Shown here: piece by piece, positions 20,618 through 31,030 of the stretch | Layout of the letters: each line of letters begins with the position of its first letter | How positions within the stretch are numbered: position 1 is the first letter of the stretch | NCBI RefSeq assembly: GCF_013149785.1 | Contig: NZ_JABEZU010000001.1 | Location: 1,364,001-1,428,000, forward strand | Source: Isoptericola halotolerans | Lineage (GTDB): Bacteria > Actinomycetota > Actinomycetes > Actinomycetales > Cellulomonadaceae | DNA length: 64,000 nt | Direction of reading: 5' to 3' | Notes under the pieces: model-generated | What the model was told of the DNA's origin: nothing | The model's database searches: none | The model's input: only the letters and a program-made list of their open reading frames with translations | Made by a program: the position numbers and the translations under genes

Positions 20618-21586
20618 ATGACCGCCAGCGCACCCGCCCCTGACCCCGTCGACGTCGTCCGTCGGTTCAACCGCAGCTACACCCAGCGGGTCGGCGCCCT
20701 GGACGAGTCCTTCCTCGGGTCGGGGATGCCGTTGGGCAGGGCGCGGCTGCTGTACGAGATCGGGGTCGAGCCCGGCACCACGCAGGACCTGCGCACCCGG
20801 CTGGGCCTCGACTCCGGGTACCTGAGCCGCCTGTTGCGGGACCTGGAGGCGGACGCGCTGGTGACGGTCGAGCCGGACCCGGCCGACCGGCGTCGTCGGA
20901 CCGTCGCACTGACCGACGAGGGCCGCCAGGCGTGGGGCGACCTCGAACGGCGTTCCGCCGAGCGGGCCCGCGGGTTGGTCGAGCCCCTCACCGCCCGGCA
21001 GCAGTCGCGTCTCGCGGCGGCGCTCGCGGAGGCGGACCTGCTGGTTCGTGCCGCCACGATCGAGCTGGAGACCGTCGCGCCCGCCGCGGACCTGGCCCGC
21101 CGTGCCGTGCGGGCCTACGTCGACGAGGTCGGGGCGCGCATCGGCGGGACCGGCACCTTCGACGCCGACGAGGCGCTCGCCGACGACGCAGCGCGCCTCG
21201 TGGCGCCCCGCGGCGCGTTCGTCGTGGCGACGTCGGCCGGGTCTCCCGTCGCCTGCGGCGGGGTCCAGACCCTCGGGCCCGGTGTGGGCGAGATCAAGCG
21301 GATGTGGGTCGACGACGCGTGGCGCGGTGCCGGGCTGGGGTCGCGACTGCTGCGGCACCTGGAGCAGGTCGCCCGCGAGCTGGGGCACACCGAGCTGCGG
21401 CTCGACACCCACGAGGCGCTCACCGAGGCGATCGCGATGTACGAGCGCGCCGGCTACCGCCGCATCGAGCGGTACAACGACAACCTGCACGCGACGCACT
21501 TCTTCTCCACCGAGATCCGTGAGTTCCCGAGACGCGGGGTACCGGGTAGGCGTAGGGTCGGGCCATGTCTGCCTCACCCGACCTGA
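20618..21586 (+). CDS. MarR HTH-GNAT acetyltransferase fusion
   Basis: VRRFNRSYT, LDSGYLSRLL, DRRRR; GEIKRMWV...RGAGLG acetyl-CoA motif. Confidence 0.9.
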   Translation: MTASAPAPDPVDVVRRFNRSYTQRVGALDESFLGSGMPLGRARLLYEIGVEPGTTQDLRTRLGLDSGYLSRLLRDLEADALVTVEPDPADRRRRTVALTDEGRQAWGDLERRSAERARGLVEPLTARQQSRLAAALAEADLLVRAATIELETVAPAADLARRAVRAYVDEVGARIGGTGTFDADEALADDAARLVAPRGAFVVATSAGSPVACGGVQTLGPGVGEIKRMWVDDAWRGAGLGSRLLRHLEQVARELGHTELRLDTHEALTEAIAMYERAGYRRIERYNDNLHATHFFSTEIREFPRRGVPGRRRVGPCLPHPT

Positions 21587-22575
21587 CCATCGGCTACGCC
21601 GCGATGCTCGAGCAGTTCCACCCGACGGAGGTCGTCGACCTCTCGGCCTACGCGGAGGAGCACGGCTTCACGGGCGTGATGGCCGCCGACCACTTCCAGC
21701 CCTGGGTCCCTCAGCAGGGGCACGCGGCCTTCGTCTGGAACGTCCTGAGCGCGCTCGGCGAACGGACCCGTGGGGACCTGGGCCCCGGCGTCACCGCCCC
21801 GACGTTCCGCTGGCACCCGGCCATGGTCGCGCAGGCCTCGGCGACGCTCGCCGCCATGTACCCCGGGCGTCACTGGCTGGGCCTGGGCTCCGGCGAGGCG
21901 CTCAACGAGCACGTCACCGCCGGCTACTGGCCCGAGGCGCCCGAGCGCATCAACCGCATGTTCGAGGCCATCGACATCATCAAGAAGCTCTTCACCTCCG
22001 GCCTGGAGGGCAAGGACGTCAAGCACTCCGGGCAGTTCTACAAGATGGAGTCGACCCGGTTGTGGACCATGCCGGAGGTCGCCCCGGAGATCCTGGTCGC
22101 CACCGCGGGCCCGGTCACCGCCAAGCGTGCCGGCAAGCACGCCGACGGTCTCATCACGGTCGGTGCCCCGCTGGAGAAGATCGAGATGCTGTTCGGCCGC
22201 TTCGACGCCGGCGCCCGCGAGGTCGGCCGCGACCCGGACACCATGCCGAAGGTCCTGCAGGTGCACATGTCGTGGGCCGAGACGGACGAGGAGGCGCTGA
22301 CGAACGCGATGACGGAGTGGCCGAACGGGGGCATGAAGTTCCCCAAGGCCGACATCCGCTCGCCGCACGACTTCGCCCAGATGGCCAAGCTGGTCCGTCC
22401 CGAGGACTTCGAGGGACGCATGGTGATCTCGGCCGACCCGGACAAGCACCGTGAGGCCATCCAGAAGTACGTCGATCTCGGGTTCGACCGCATCTACCTG
22501 CACAACGTGGGTCGCAACCAGCGTGAGTGGATCGAGACCTTCGGCCGCGAGGTGCTGCCGAAGCTCGTCCGGTGA
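21565..22575 (+). CDS. F420-dependent LLM-class oxidoreductase (TIGR03557/Fgd-like family)
   Basis: [22 protein letters not shown] motifs of F420-dependent dehydrogenases; coupled to cofE. Confidence 0.88.
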   Translation: MSASPDLTIGYAAMLEQFHPTEVVDLSAYAEEHGFTGVMAADHFQPWVPQQGHAAFVWNVLSALGERTRGDLGPGVTAPTFRWHPAMVAQASATLAAMYPGRHWLGLGSGEALNEHVTAGYWPEAPERINRMFEAIDIIKKLFTSGLEGKDVKHSGQFYKMESTRLWTMPEVAPEILVATAGPVTAKRAGKHADGLITVGAPLEKIEMLFGRFDAGAREVGRDPDTMPKVLQVHMSWAETDEEALTNAMTEWPNGGMKFPKADIRSPHDFAQMAKLVRPEDFEGRMVISADPDKHREAIQKYVDLGFDRIYLHNVGRNQREWIETFGREVLPKLVR

Positions 22576-23420
22576 GCCGCCCTGGTCCCCGGCAGGGGGA
22601 GGGGGCGCTCGACGGTGCCCGGTTGACGCTCTGGGCGCCGGACGGGTTGGCCGAGGTGCGCCCGGGCGACGACCTCGCGGCCCTGGTGGGCGATCTGCTG
22701 GCGAGCGACGCGGACCGCTCCGGCGATCGCCTGGCGGAGGGCGACGTCGTCGTGGTGACCTCCAAGATCGTCTCCAAGGCCGAGGGGCGGGTCGTGCGCG
22801 CCGCGGACCGCGAGCAGGCGATCACGGACGAGACCGTGCGGGTGGTCGCGGTACGTGAGCGGCCGGGCGGCCTGCCGCCGCTGCGCATCGTGGAGAACCG
22901 GCTCGGGCTGGTCATGGCCGCAGCCGGGGTCGACGCCTCGAACACCCCGGAGGGCACGGTGCTGCTGCTCCCCGAGGACCCGGACACCTCCGCCCGGGCA
23001 CTACGTGCCGCGTGGCGAGCCCGCTTCGGCATCGACCGGCTCGGTGTGGTCGTCACGGACACCGCCGGACGACCCTGGCGCGAGGGCCTGACCGACATCG
23101 CCGTCGGCGCCGCGGGCCTCGCCGTGGTGGACGACCTGCGTGGCGGGACCGACGCTCACGGGCGACCCCTGTCGGTGACCGTCGCCGCGGTGGCCGACGA
23201 GATCGCCGCCGCGTCCGAGCTCGTCCGCGGCAAGGCGAGCGGACGGGCCGTCGCCGTCGCGCGCGGCGTCGGGCGGTACGTGCTCGCCGGCCACGGCCCG
23301 CAGGGTGACGGTGCCGGGGCGCGGAGCCTGGTGCGCGGCGGCCCGGACGACCTGTTCCGCGAAGGGAGCGCGGAAGCCTATGCCCGCGGTCTGGCGGACG
23401 GGCACGACCTGCCGCGATGA
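22572..23420 (+). CDS. cofE: coenzyme F420-0:L-glutamate ligase
   Basis: [53 protein letters not shown] overlap with the LLM gene. Confidence 0.92.
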   Translation: MSRPGPRQGEGALDGARLTLWAPDGLAEVRPGDDLAALVGDLLASDADRSGDRLAEGDVVVVTSKIVSKAEGRVVRAADREQAITDETVRVVAVRERPGGLPPLRIVENRLGLVMAAAGVDASNTPEGTVLLLPEDPDTSARALRAAWRARFGIDRLGVVVTDTAGRPWREGLTDIAVGAAGLAVVDDLRGGTDAHGRPLSVTVAAVADEIAAASELVRGKASGRAVAVARGVGRYVLAGHGPQGDGAGARSLVRGGPDDLFREGSAEAYARGLADGHDLPR

Positions 23421-23492
23421 CCCGGGAGCCCCGGGTGCCCGGCGGAGGAAATGCCCTCGATCGACGGCATCCCGTTCGCTAGCGTGGCCGGC

Positions 23493-23891
23493 ATGCTGCC
23501 CCAGGAGTGGATCGAGCACCGGCGTGCGGAGGACCGTGAGCAGGTCGGGTGGATCCGACCCGACGGCGAGGACTGGGTCGCCGTCTCGCTGCTCGGGCAC
23601 GAGCTGACCGGTCCGGTCGACTGGCTCGCTGCGGAGGAGGCGCTCGACGGCGCGACCCTGGCCTGGTTCGCCGAGGTGTGGATGCTCGAACGACCGGGGC
23701 GCGAGCCGCTGCGCGTCCGGCTGGTCGAGGTCACCCCCGACGGTGTGGTGGTGCAGACGGACGACTTCGGCGCGATCGACGTGCCGGTCGAGAGGTTCAC
23801 GCTGCCGTGGCCGGCGCCGGAGGAGCTGCGGCCCCGCCGGGCCGGCGACCCGGACGGACGGACCTTCCCCGCCTCAGGGCGTCACGGGTGA
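23493..23891 (+). CDS. conserved actinobacterial hypothetical protein
   Basis: WIEHRR.EDRE.VGW pattern; coding-like composition; TAGCGT -10 just upstream. Confidence 0.7.
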   Translation: MLPQEWIEHRRAEDREQVGWIRPDGEDWVAVSLLGHELTGPVDWLAAEEALDGATLAWFAEVWMLERPGREPLRVRLVEVTPDGVVVQTDDFGAIDVPVERFTLPWPAPEELRPRRAGDPDGRTFPASGRHG

Positions 23892-24362
23892 CGGCTCGCC
23901 ACCCGTGATGCGGACCAGCTCGTCGAACGACGTGGGGAACACGGTCCGGGCATGGCCGGCCGCGGCCCAGACCACGTCGAAGCCCGCCAGGGCGACATCG
24001 ACGACGGTCCGCACGGGCGCGGGGTGCCCGAGCGGTGCGACCCCACCGATGACCTGGCCCGTCGCCTCCTTGACGAGCTCCTTCGGCGCGCGGCCGACGC
24101 GACCGCCCAGGCGGTCACCGAGGAAGGCGGTGTCCACGCGGTGAGCGCCGGAGGTCAGCACGAGCAGCGGCTGGTCGTCGAGGGTGAATACCAGGGAGTT
24201 GGCGATCGCTCCCGCCTCGACGCTGAGGGCGTGGGCCGCGGCGGCGGCCGTGGTGGCGGCCTCGTCGAACCAGCGGATGCCGTCGGCGGCGGAGACGGCG
24301 CCCTCGGCCACCAGAGCGGTGCGGACCCGGTCGACGGCGGGGTGGGACGTGGAGGTGCTCAT
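23874..24362 (-). CDS. YbaK/EbsC family aminoacyl-tRNA deacylase-like protein
   Basis: GAIANSLVF, SGAHRVD, TGQVIGGVAPLGH, WAAAG. Confidence 0.9.
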   Translation of the reverse strand: MSTSTSHPAVDRVRTALVAEGAVSAADGIRWFDEAATTAAAAAHALSVEAGAIANSLVFTLDDQPLLVLTSGAHRVDTAFLGDRLGGRVGRAPKELVKEATGQVIGGVAPLGHPAPVRTVVDVALAGFDVVWAAAGHARTVFPTSFDELVRITGGEPSPVTP

Positions 24363-24496
24363 ACGCCCGCAGCGTAGTGCGCGGGGGGCGCGAGGGTGTC
24401 CCCTTTTTCTGCTGCCGTCGCCGCTGTGGGCGCTACCGGCTACCGTCACGGGGTGAGTGCCGGGCACCAGCGCCCGGTCGAGGAGGGAAGACGCAC

Positions 24497-25288
24497 ATGA
24501 CGCAGCACGCGACCAGCGTGACCGGTGACCGGGTCGGGTTCGACCGCTACGGTGACGGCGGGCCGGCCGTCGTCTTCGTCGCCGGTGCAGGACCGTCCCG
24601 CGCGACGGACCCGGTCACCACCGCGACAGCACGGCTGTGCGCCGAGCAGGGGCTGACGACGCTGGTCTTCGACCGTCTCGGTCGGGGGGACAGCCCCGCC
24701 GACGGGGTGCTCGACCTGGATCGCGAGCTGCACGCCCTCTCGACGATGATCGACGTCGTCGGACCGCCCGCCGTGCTGGTCGGTCACTCGTCGGGGTCGG
24801 CGATCGCGCTGTGCGCCGCGGACGCCGAGCTTCCGGTCTCGGGCCTGGTCCTGTGGGAGGCGCCGCTCTCCGAGCCGGCCGACGACGTCGCCGTGTGGAT
24901 CACCGAGTTCGAGCGCCGGCTCGACGCCGAGGACTACGTCGGTGCCACCGAGCAGTTCATGAAGGACATGCCTCCGCAGTGGTTGGAGGCGCTGCGGGCC
25001 GCGCCCGACTTCGAGGTGCTCGCCCGGGCGTCGGCGACCCAGCGCGCCGACGGGCAGGCCCTCGTGCGGGCGACCGACCTCGTCGAGACGGAACGGCTGC
25101 GCGAGCTCGCCATCCCGGTGCTCGCCGTGCACGGCACCCGCACCTTCCCCGAGATGCCGGTGGCGGCGGAGCGCATCGTCGCAGCGGTCACCCGGGGTGC
25201 GGTGGACGAGGTGGCCGGCGCGGACCACTCCTGGCAGCCGGAGGCGATGGCGGAGCGGATCGCCCGGTTCGTCCGCGAGGAGGCCTGA
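24497..25288 (+). CDS. alpha/beta hydrolase
   Basis: DRLGRGDS, GHSSG nucleophile elbow, C-terminal His. Confidence 0.88.
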   Translation: MTQHATSVTGDRVGFDRYGDGGPAVVFVAGAGPSRATDPVTTATARLCAEQGLTTLVFDRLGRGDSPADGVLDLDRELHALSTMIDVVGPPAVLVGHSSGSAIALCAADAELPVSGLVLWEAPLSEPADDVAVWITEFERRLDAEDYVGATEQFMKDMPPQWLEALRAAPDFEVLARASATQRADGQALVRATDLVETERLRELAIPVLAVHGTRTFPEMPVAAERIVAAVTRGAVDEVAGADHSWQPEAMAERIARFVREEA

Positions 25289-25312
25289 CCGACGAGGGCT
25301 CCGTCCGGCGCG

Positions 25313-26521
25313 CTATCTCGCGCCGTCCTCCTCGAGCTCGTCCGTCACCACGGTCCCGTCTGTCTCCACGGTCCCGTCGGAGGTCGCGGGATCACCGTCC
25401 GACGGCGGCAGGGACGTCGGGGTCCGCTCCGGTGCACGGACGGACGGTCCGTCGTCGACGTCGTCGCCCGAGAGCCAGCGCAGCCAGTCGTTGCGCGGGT
25501 CGCCCTCCAGCACCAGGGCCCGCACCAGCAGGGTCAGCGGGATGGCGAGGATGGCGCCGAGCGGGCCGATCACGAAGGTCCAGAACACCACGGACACGAA
25601 GCTCAGCGTGAGGGACAGCGAGACGGCGTCCGCCACGAACTTCGGCTGCACGAAGACCTGCAGGACGACGTTGACGACGCAGTACACGGCCACGACGGCC
25701 AAGGCGAGCTGCCAACCCCCCACGACGAAGCCCATGACCACGGGAGGGACCAGCCCGAGGACGAAGCCGATGTTGGGGACGAAGTTGGTGACGAAGGCGA
25801 GGATCGCCCAGATGGCGGCACCGGGGACGTTCAGCAGCCACAGGGCGACCCCGTCGACCAGTGCGACGACGGCGCCGAAGGTCGCGTTGACGACGTAGTA
25901 GCGGCGTACGCCGGAGCTGAACCGGGTGGCGCGGTCGATGGCGTCCGCCCGGGTGGCACCGAACCGGTGCTGCGCCGTCGAGTAGCGGGCGCCGTCGGCC
26001 GCCATGAAGACGGCGTAGGCCAGGACGAAGAAGAACGCGGTGCCGACGGTCACCACCGTGCCGCTGACCGTCCCGGCCACCGACAGGACGTTCGCCGGCT
26101 GCAGCCAGGAGGTCACGGTCTCGGTGACCTGGGTGTCGATGCCGGTGGCCACGAGCTGCGCCTCGATGTCGGACACCGACGCGGCGAGCTGCGGGATGTA
26201 GCTCTGCACGAGGGCGGCGAACCGGAAGCCGGCCCACACCAGCATCGCCAGCAGCGCGGCGAGGATGAGGTAGGCCACGACGATCACCACCGTGGTCGCC
26301 GCCCAGCGCGGCCACCCGCGCGACTCGAGCGGGAACCGCACGGGGTGGCAGATGATGACGATCACCGCGGCCAGGAAGAGCGGCGCCAGCACCCCGGCGG
26401 CAGCATGGACGGCGGCCAGGACGACGGCGCCGCTCGCCAGGACGAGCAGGGTCCGCGCGGCAGGGGAGAGCCCGACGTGCGTCGGTGTCGGCTCGGTCTG
26501 GGCGCGGGGAGTCGAGGTCAC
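25313..26521 (-). CDS. AI-2E family transporter
   Basis: NFVPNIG, QPKFV, GPLGAILAIPLT; multiple TM segments. Confidence 0.9.
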   Translation of the reverse strand: MTSTPRAQTEPTPTHVGLSPAARTLLVLASGAVVLAAVHAAAGVLAPLFLAAVIVIICHPVRFPLESRGWPRWAATTVVIVVAYLILAALLAMLVWAGFRFAALVQSYIPQLAASVSDIEAQLVATGIDTQVTETVTSWLQPANVLSVAGTVSGTVVTVGTAFFFVLAYAVFMAADGARYSTAQHRFGATRADAIDRATRFSSGVRRYYVVNATFGAVVALVDGVALWLLNVPGAAIWAILAFVTNFVPNIGFVLGLVPPVVMGFVVGGWQLALAVVAVYCVVNVVLQVFVQPKFVADAVSLSLTLSFVSVVFWTFVIGPLGAILAIPLTLLVRALVLEGDPRNDWLRWLSGDDVDDGPSVRAPERTPTSLPPSDGDPATSDGTVETDGTVVTDELEEDGAR

Positions 26522-26641
26522 GCGTCGACCCTAGCGGGCGCCTCCCCGACCGCCAGCCGGGTGACCCTGCTCCCCGACGCGGTGACGCTCCCGCACCGGG
26601 CATATGCTGCCGGGAACGGGTCGAGCGTGAGGTGGTGCCCG

Positions 26642-27100
26642 ATGGTGCGTGGCGAGGTGGTCCGGTACGACGCGATCAAGGGCTACGCCTTCGTCGCCGC
26701 CGACGAGCTGGACGAGGACGTGTTCCTGCACGTCAACGACATCGACTTCGACAAGACGCTGATGGCGGTCGGCACCGTGGTCGAGCTGACCCACGAGACG
26801 GGGGACCGCGGCCCCCGGGCCCTGAGCGCCTCGCTGGTGAGCTCGCCTGTCGCCGACGCGGCGCACGCGGCGCTCGGCGGAGAGCCCGTACGGCGTGCGG
26901 ACGCGGGCCAGCGGACCGAGCGGGCCCCGGGCCAGCGCCCGCACGACGGGTTCGCGGACGTGCTGTCGGCCGGCGAGCTGCGTGCCGAGCTGACCGAGCG
27001 GCTCCTGGCGTCCGCGGGCGACCTCACGGGGCGACAGGTCCTGGCTGTCCGGGGCGCCGTCGAGCAGCTCGCGCGGTCCCACGGGTGGCTGGACGCCTAG
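26642..27100 (+). CDS. cold-shock domain protein with C-terminal extension
   Basis: RNP1 KGYAFV, RNP2 VFLH; extra helical C-terminus ending HGWLD. Confidence 0.85.
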   Translation: MVRGEVVRYDAIKGYAFVAADELDEDVFLHVNDIDFDKTLMAVGTVVELTHETGDRGPRALSASLVSSPVADAAHAALGGEPVRRADAGQRTERAPGQRPHDGFADVLSAGELRAELTERLLASAGDLTGRQVLAVRGAVEQLARSHGWLDA

Positions 27101-27108
27101 GACGCGCG

Positions 27109-28257
27109 CTACATCCACTTCTTCCAGCGGAACACCGCGAAGAGGCCCACGCTGACGGTGATCATCGCCAGCAGTGCCAGCGGGTACCCCCACTGGGCGT
27201 GCAGCTCGGGCATGACGTCGAAGTTCATCCCGTAGACCGAACCGACCAGGGACGGGGCGAAGATGATCGCCGCCCAGCCGGAGATCTTCTTGACCTCGTC
27301 GCCCTGCTTGATCGAGACCTCGGTGAGGTGCGTCATCTCCTCGTTCTGCCGTTGGGCCACCAGGGTGGCGTTCACCGTGAGGATGTCGCGCAGGACCACG
27401 CGGAAGGTCTCGACCGACTCGGCCACCTCGATGAGGTGGTCGGCGACGTCACGCAGGTAGGCCTGCAGCTCGTCGTCCACGTGATACTTCTCGGCGCCCT
27501 TGGCCAGCGACTGGCAGACGTTCTGCAGCGGGCGTACGGCACGCTGGAAGTCGACGACCTCGCGGGAGAGCTCGTAGATGCGCCGCGACACGGACTTGTC
27601 GCCGGAGAAGACCTCGGACTCGATCTGGTCGATGTCGAAGTCGAGGCCGGAGATCACCGGTGCGTAGTCGTCGACGACGCGGTCCATGATCGCGTAGAGC
27701 ACCGCCTCCGGCCCGCGCGAGAGCATCTGCGGGGTGGACTCCAGGCGTGCGCGGACGGTGGCGAGGTCGGGGGAGTCGCCGTGGCGGACGGAGACCACGA
27801 AGTCCGGGCCGACGAACAGGTGCAGCTCGGAGAACTCCACCTCCTCGATGGAGTCCAGGTACCGGGCCGCGTGCAGCACGACGAACAACGTGTCGCCGTA
27901 CCGTTCGATCTTCGGGCGCTGGTGCGCCTGGATGGCGTCCTCGATGGCCAGCGGGTGCAGGTCGAACTCCCGGGCCAAGGCTGCCAGCTCTCGCTCGTCG
28001 GGGCGCTCGAGGCCGATCCAGGCCATCCCGTTCGGGGTCGACCGCAACGTGCGGAACGTGTCGGCCAGGCGGGTGAACGACGCCGTGCGGTGCCCGTCGC
28101 CGTCGTACACCGCGGCCGCGACGATGGCGGACCGGGACCGGGGCCGGATCGGCGTCGGGGTCGCGGGCTCCGGGGTCGCAGCGGGAGCACCGCGTCGGGG
28201 CCGCAGCGCGCCGAGGACCTGGCGAGGGCGTGCGGAACGGGGAGAGCTGAAGGCCAT
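27109..28257 (-). CDS. corA: magnesium/cobalt transporter CorA
   Basis: LHPLAIED, HQRPKIE, YGMNF signature, MPEL. Confidence 0.95.
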   Translation of the reverse strand: MAFSSPRSARPRQVLGALRPRRGAPAATPEPATPTPIRPRSRSAIVAAAVYDGDGHRTASFTRLADTFRTLRSTPNGMAWIGLERPDERELAALAREFDLHPLAIEDAIQAHQRPKIERYGDTLFVVLHAARYLDSIEEVEFSELHLFVGPDFVVSVRHGDSPDLATVRARLESTPQMLSRGPEAVLYAIMDRVVDDYAPVISGLDFDIDQIESEVFSGDKSVSRRIYELSREVVDFQRAVRPLQNVCQSLAKGAEKYHVDDELQAYLRDVADHLIEVAESVETFRVVLRDILTVNATLVAQRQNEEMTHLTEVSIKQGDEVKKISGWAAIIFAPSLVGSVYGMNFDVMPELHAQWGYPLALLAMITVSVGLFAVFRWKKWM

Positions 28258-28390
28258 GAGGGACTCCCAGGCGTGCAGGAACGATGGTCTGCGTGCTGTG
28301 GATCCCGCGACTGAGGTGGCTGGGCACCGGGGCGCGTTCAGGGACGGCGGCGTCGTCCGGCGCAGGGCGCCGGACGGTATCGAGCCGAGG

Positions 28391-28432
28391 TCAGTCGCGG
28401 CTCGGACTACTAGGAGGCTCGCTGCGGGTCAT
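28391..28432 (-). CDS. putative corA leader peptide, 13 aa, MTRSEPPSSPSRD
   Basis: AAGGAGG SD 8 nt upstream of ATG; TACACT -10 at 28492-28497; upstream of corA on the same strand. Confidence 0.65.
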   Translation of the reverse strand: MTRSEPPSSPSRD

Positions 28433-28562
28433 GCGCGATACCTCCTTCGCGGTCGGGCAGCACGGGCGACTGCGTGCACGGGGCCTCGGTCAGTGTACTC
28501 CCGCGCGCACGACGGCGCCCGGAGGCAGTTGCGTGACCTGGCCCACCGCCGCGAGTCTGGGC

Positions 28563-29321
28563 TCAGCGCAGCCGCACGGACAGACAGGTGACGCAGCCCT
28601 CGAGCTTCTCGAGCTCGGTCACCGGCGTCGTGACGACCTCGAGGCCACGGGAGCGGAACAGATCGGCGCTGCGCGGCGCGCTGGCGGACATCAGGACGGT
28701 GCCCTCGTCGAGGACGACGACGGCGTTCCCTTCCGGCTCGGGGACGGGCAGGAACCGGTCGAACAGCTCCGGGTCGTCCACCTCGGGCGGGTGCCCGACG
28801 ACGGTGCCGTCCGGCAGGGCGGTCACGGCGCTCTTGAGGTGCAGGACCCGGGTGACCGGCACCGTGACCACCTGCCAGCCACGGGGCGAGAGGAGGTCGC
28901 GGAGCGCGGCGATCCCGTCGTCGTTCGTCCGTGAGCTCCGGCCGACGTAGACGGTCCGGCCGATCTTCAGCACGTCCCCGCCGTCGAGCGTGCCGGGCGC
29001 CTCGATCTCCGCGACCTCGAGGCCCAGACCGGTGACGGCGGGACGGAGCGTGGCCAGCTCGCCGCGGCGCGAGGCCGCACCGGGCCGCCCGAAGACCGCC
29101 AGGTCGTCGAAGACGACGACCCCGTCCTCGACGAACACGCCGTCCGGGTGCTCGTCGGCCGACGGCACCTCGCTCACCTCCCAGCCGCGCGCACGGAAGA
29201 CGCCGACGTAGCCCTCCCACTGGCGACGGGCGAGCGCCGGGTCGACGGGCACGCGGTCGAGGTGGGTGACCTCGCCGTCGGCGAGCTGCGGGGACGGCGG
29301 GCGGACGAGGAGGCGCGGCAT
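28563..29321 (-). CDS. dimethylarginine dimethylaminohydrolase (amidinotransferase fold)
   Basis: PDGVFVED, LDGGD, LHLKS, EGCVTCLS. Confidence 0.92.
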   Translation of the reverse strand: MPRLLVRPPSPQLADGEVTHLDRVPVDPALARRQWEGYVGVFRARGWEVSEVPSADEHPDGVFVEDGVVVFDDLAVFGRPGAASRRGELATLRPAVTGLGLEVAEIEAPGTLDGGDVLKIGRTVYVGRSSRTNDDGIAALRDLLSPRGWQVVTVPVTRVLHLKSAVTALPDGTVVGHPPEVDDPELFDRFLPVPEPEGNAVVVLDEGTVLMSASAPRSADLFRSRGLEVVTTPVTELEKLEGCVTCLSVRLR

Positions 29322-29330
29322 GGCCCCAAC

Positions 29331-30377
29331 CTAGCGGCGTGGGTCGAGCACGGACATCCCGGCGCGCGGCGCGTCCCGCAGAGCCGGCAGCAGGTCGGCG
29401 GCGACGTCCATGCCGACGACCTGTCCCACCAGGTCCTGGGGCCGCAGCGTCCCGTCCGCGACGAGCGCCAGCATCTCCGGGTAGTCCGCCGCGGCCATGC
29501 CGTGGGAGCCGAGCACGTCCAGCTCGAAGGCGATGACGCGGTCCATCGGCACCCGTGGGTGCCCCGCCGCGGCGGGCAGCAGACCCACCTGCACGTGCCG
29601 GCCCCGGCGGCGCAGCGAGTGGACCGCCGTCGCGCACGTCGTCTCGGTGCCGACGGCGTCGAGCGCCACGTGCGCGCCGCCGTCGAGCACCTCGTGGACC
29701 CCGGCCACGACGTCGGTGCCGGGGTCGGCCAGCACGGTGTGCTCGGCACCGGCCCGCCGAGCCGCCTCCAGCGCCCGGGGGTTCCGGTCGACGGCGACGA
29801 CCTGCGCCCCGCGGGCGGCCGCCACCATCACGGCACTCAGCCCTACCCCGCCGGCACCGACGACGACGACACGCTCACCGGCGCGCACCCTCGCCCGGTG
29901 CACCACCGCTCGGTAGGCCGTGGCGAAACGGCAGCCGAGGCTCGCCGCCGCCACCGACGTGACGCCGTCGGGCACCGCGACCAGGTTGTGGTCCGCGGCG
30001 TGCAGCACGACCTCCTCGGCGTACGAGCCGTGGTGCGTGAAACCTGGCTGGGTCTGGTCAGGGCACACCTGCGCATCCCCGTCGCGGCACCAGGTGCACC
30101 GGCCGCAGCCGCAGACGAACGGCGCCGTGACACGGTCGCCCACCCGCCAGCGTCCGACGCCGGCACCCACCGCGGCGACGGTGCCCGCCAGCTCGTGGCC
30201 GGGAACGTGGGGGAACGCCGTGATGTCCGGGTCGTGGCCCGCCCACGCGTGCCAGTCGGACAGGCACAGGCCGGTCGCGTGCACCTGGACCACCACCCCA
30301 CCGTCGGGCGCAGCAGGCCGGGGCAGCTCCCGCACCGAGACCAGGCCTCCGAAGCGGTCGAACGCCAGGGCGCGCAT
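29331..30377 (-). CDS. zinc-dependent alcohol dehydrogenase (MDR)
   Basis: CLSD, GHE, CGRCTWC...C structural zinc site, GAGGVG. Confidence 0.92.
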   Translation of the reverse strand: MRALAFDRFGGLVSVRELPRPAAPDGGVVVQVHATGLCLSDWHAWAGHDPDITAFPHVPGHELAGTVAAVGAGVGRWRVGDRVTAPFVCGCGRCTWCRDGDAQVCPDQTQPGFTHHGSYAEEVVLHAADHNLVAVPDGVTSVAAASLGCRFATAYRAVVHRARVRAGERVVVVGAGGVGLSAVMVAAARGAQVVAVDRNPRALEAARRAGAEHTVLADPGTDVVAGVHEVLDGGAHVALDAVGTETTCATAVHSLRRRGRHVQVGLLPAAAGHPRVPMDRVIAFELDVLGSHGMAAADYPEMLALVADGTLRPQDLVGQVVGMDVAADLLPALRDAPRAGMSVLDPRR

Positions 30378-30385
30378 CGGGCGGC

Positions 30386-30874
30386 TCACCCCTCGGCGAT
30401 GCGCCGGACCGCCGCCAGCGTGGCGGGGATCCCCTCGTGGGCCATCCGAGTGCGGGCCTCGATCTCGGCGTCGGCGTCGTCGCCGTAGCGCTGGGCGAAC
30501 GCGGCCAGGCCCTCCGGGGTGAACTCCCAGGACTCGGTGAGCACGGTCGCCCGGCCGTCGTCGCGGGACTCCAGCGTGTAGGCCCAGCGGACGAAGCCCT
30601 GCCCGACCACCCAGGCGAACTCGCGGCCCGGGTCCGCGACGACGACCTGCGACCGGGTCTCCCACGTGCGGTCCGGTGTCTCGTTGCGGCCAGTGAAGTG
30701 CGCGCCGCTCCGAGGCGGCTCCCCGGGACCGGGGGCCTCGGCCTCGTCCCACCAGCACTCCTTGCACACCGGTGACCACTCCCCGGTGCGGGTGACGTCC
30801 GAGACGAGGGCGTAGACCTCGTCCGGGGTGGCGGCGATCTCGATCGACTGCGCGTGGGTCCGTGCGGTAGTCAT
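30386..30874 (-). CDS. SRPBCC family protein
   Basis: ATPDEVYALVSDVTRTGEWSP, FTGRN, TESW. Confidence 0.88.
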   Translation of the reverse strand: MTTARTHAQSIEIAATPDEVYALVSDVTRTGEWSPVCKECWWDEAEAPGPGEPPRSGAHFTGRNETPDRTWETRSQVVVADPGREFAWVVGQGFVRWAYTLESRDDGRATVLTESWEFTPEGLAAFAQRYGDDADAEIEARTRMAHEGIPATLAAVRRIAEG

Positions 30875-31030
30875 GCCCGCGATGATCGCACGGCCGAGAC
30901 CGGGGCCGTGTCGCGGTGCTGCCCGACCGACAACATGTCGTCGCCCGACGTTCACCCTGCCGGACCCCGACGTTTGCCCCGAGCAGGCAGCGTGCGGGTC
31001 AACGCTCCCGAGCCGAAGGTGTCCCGTCGC

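Noticed and set aside
28258..28500. M-box (ykoK) or yybP-ykoY riboswitch upstream of corA
   Set aside because: Could not find their conserved sequence blocks by eye; a uORF-based model fits better.
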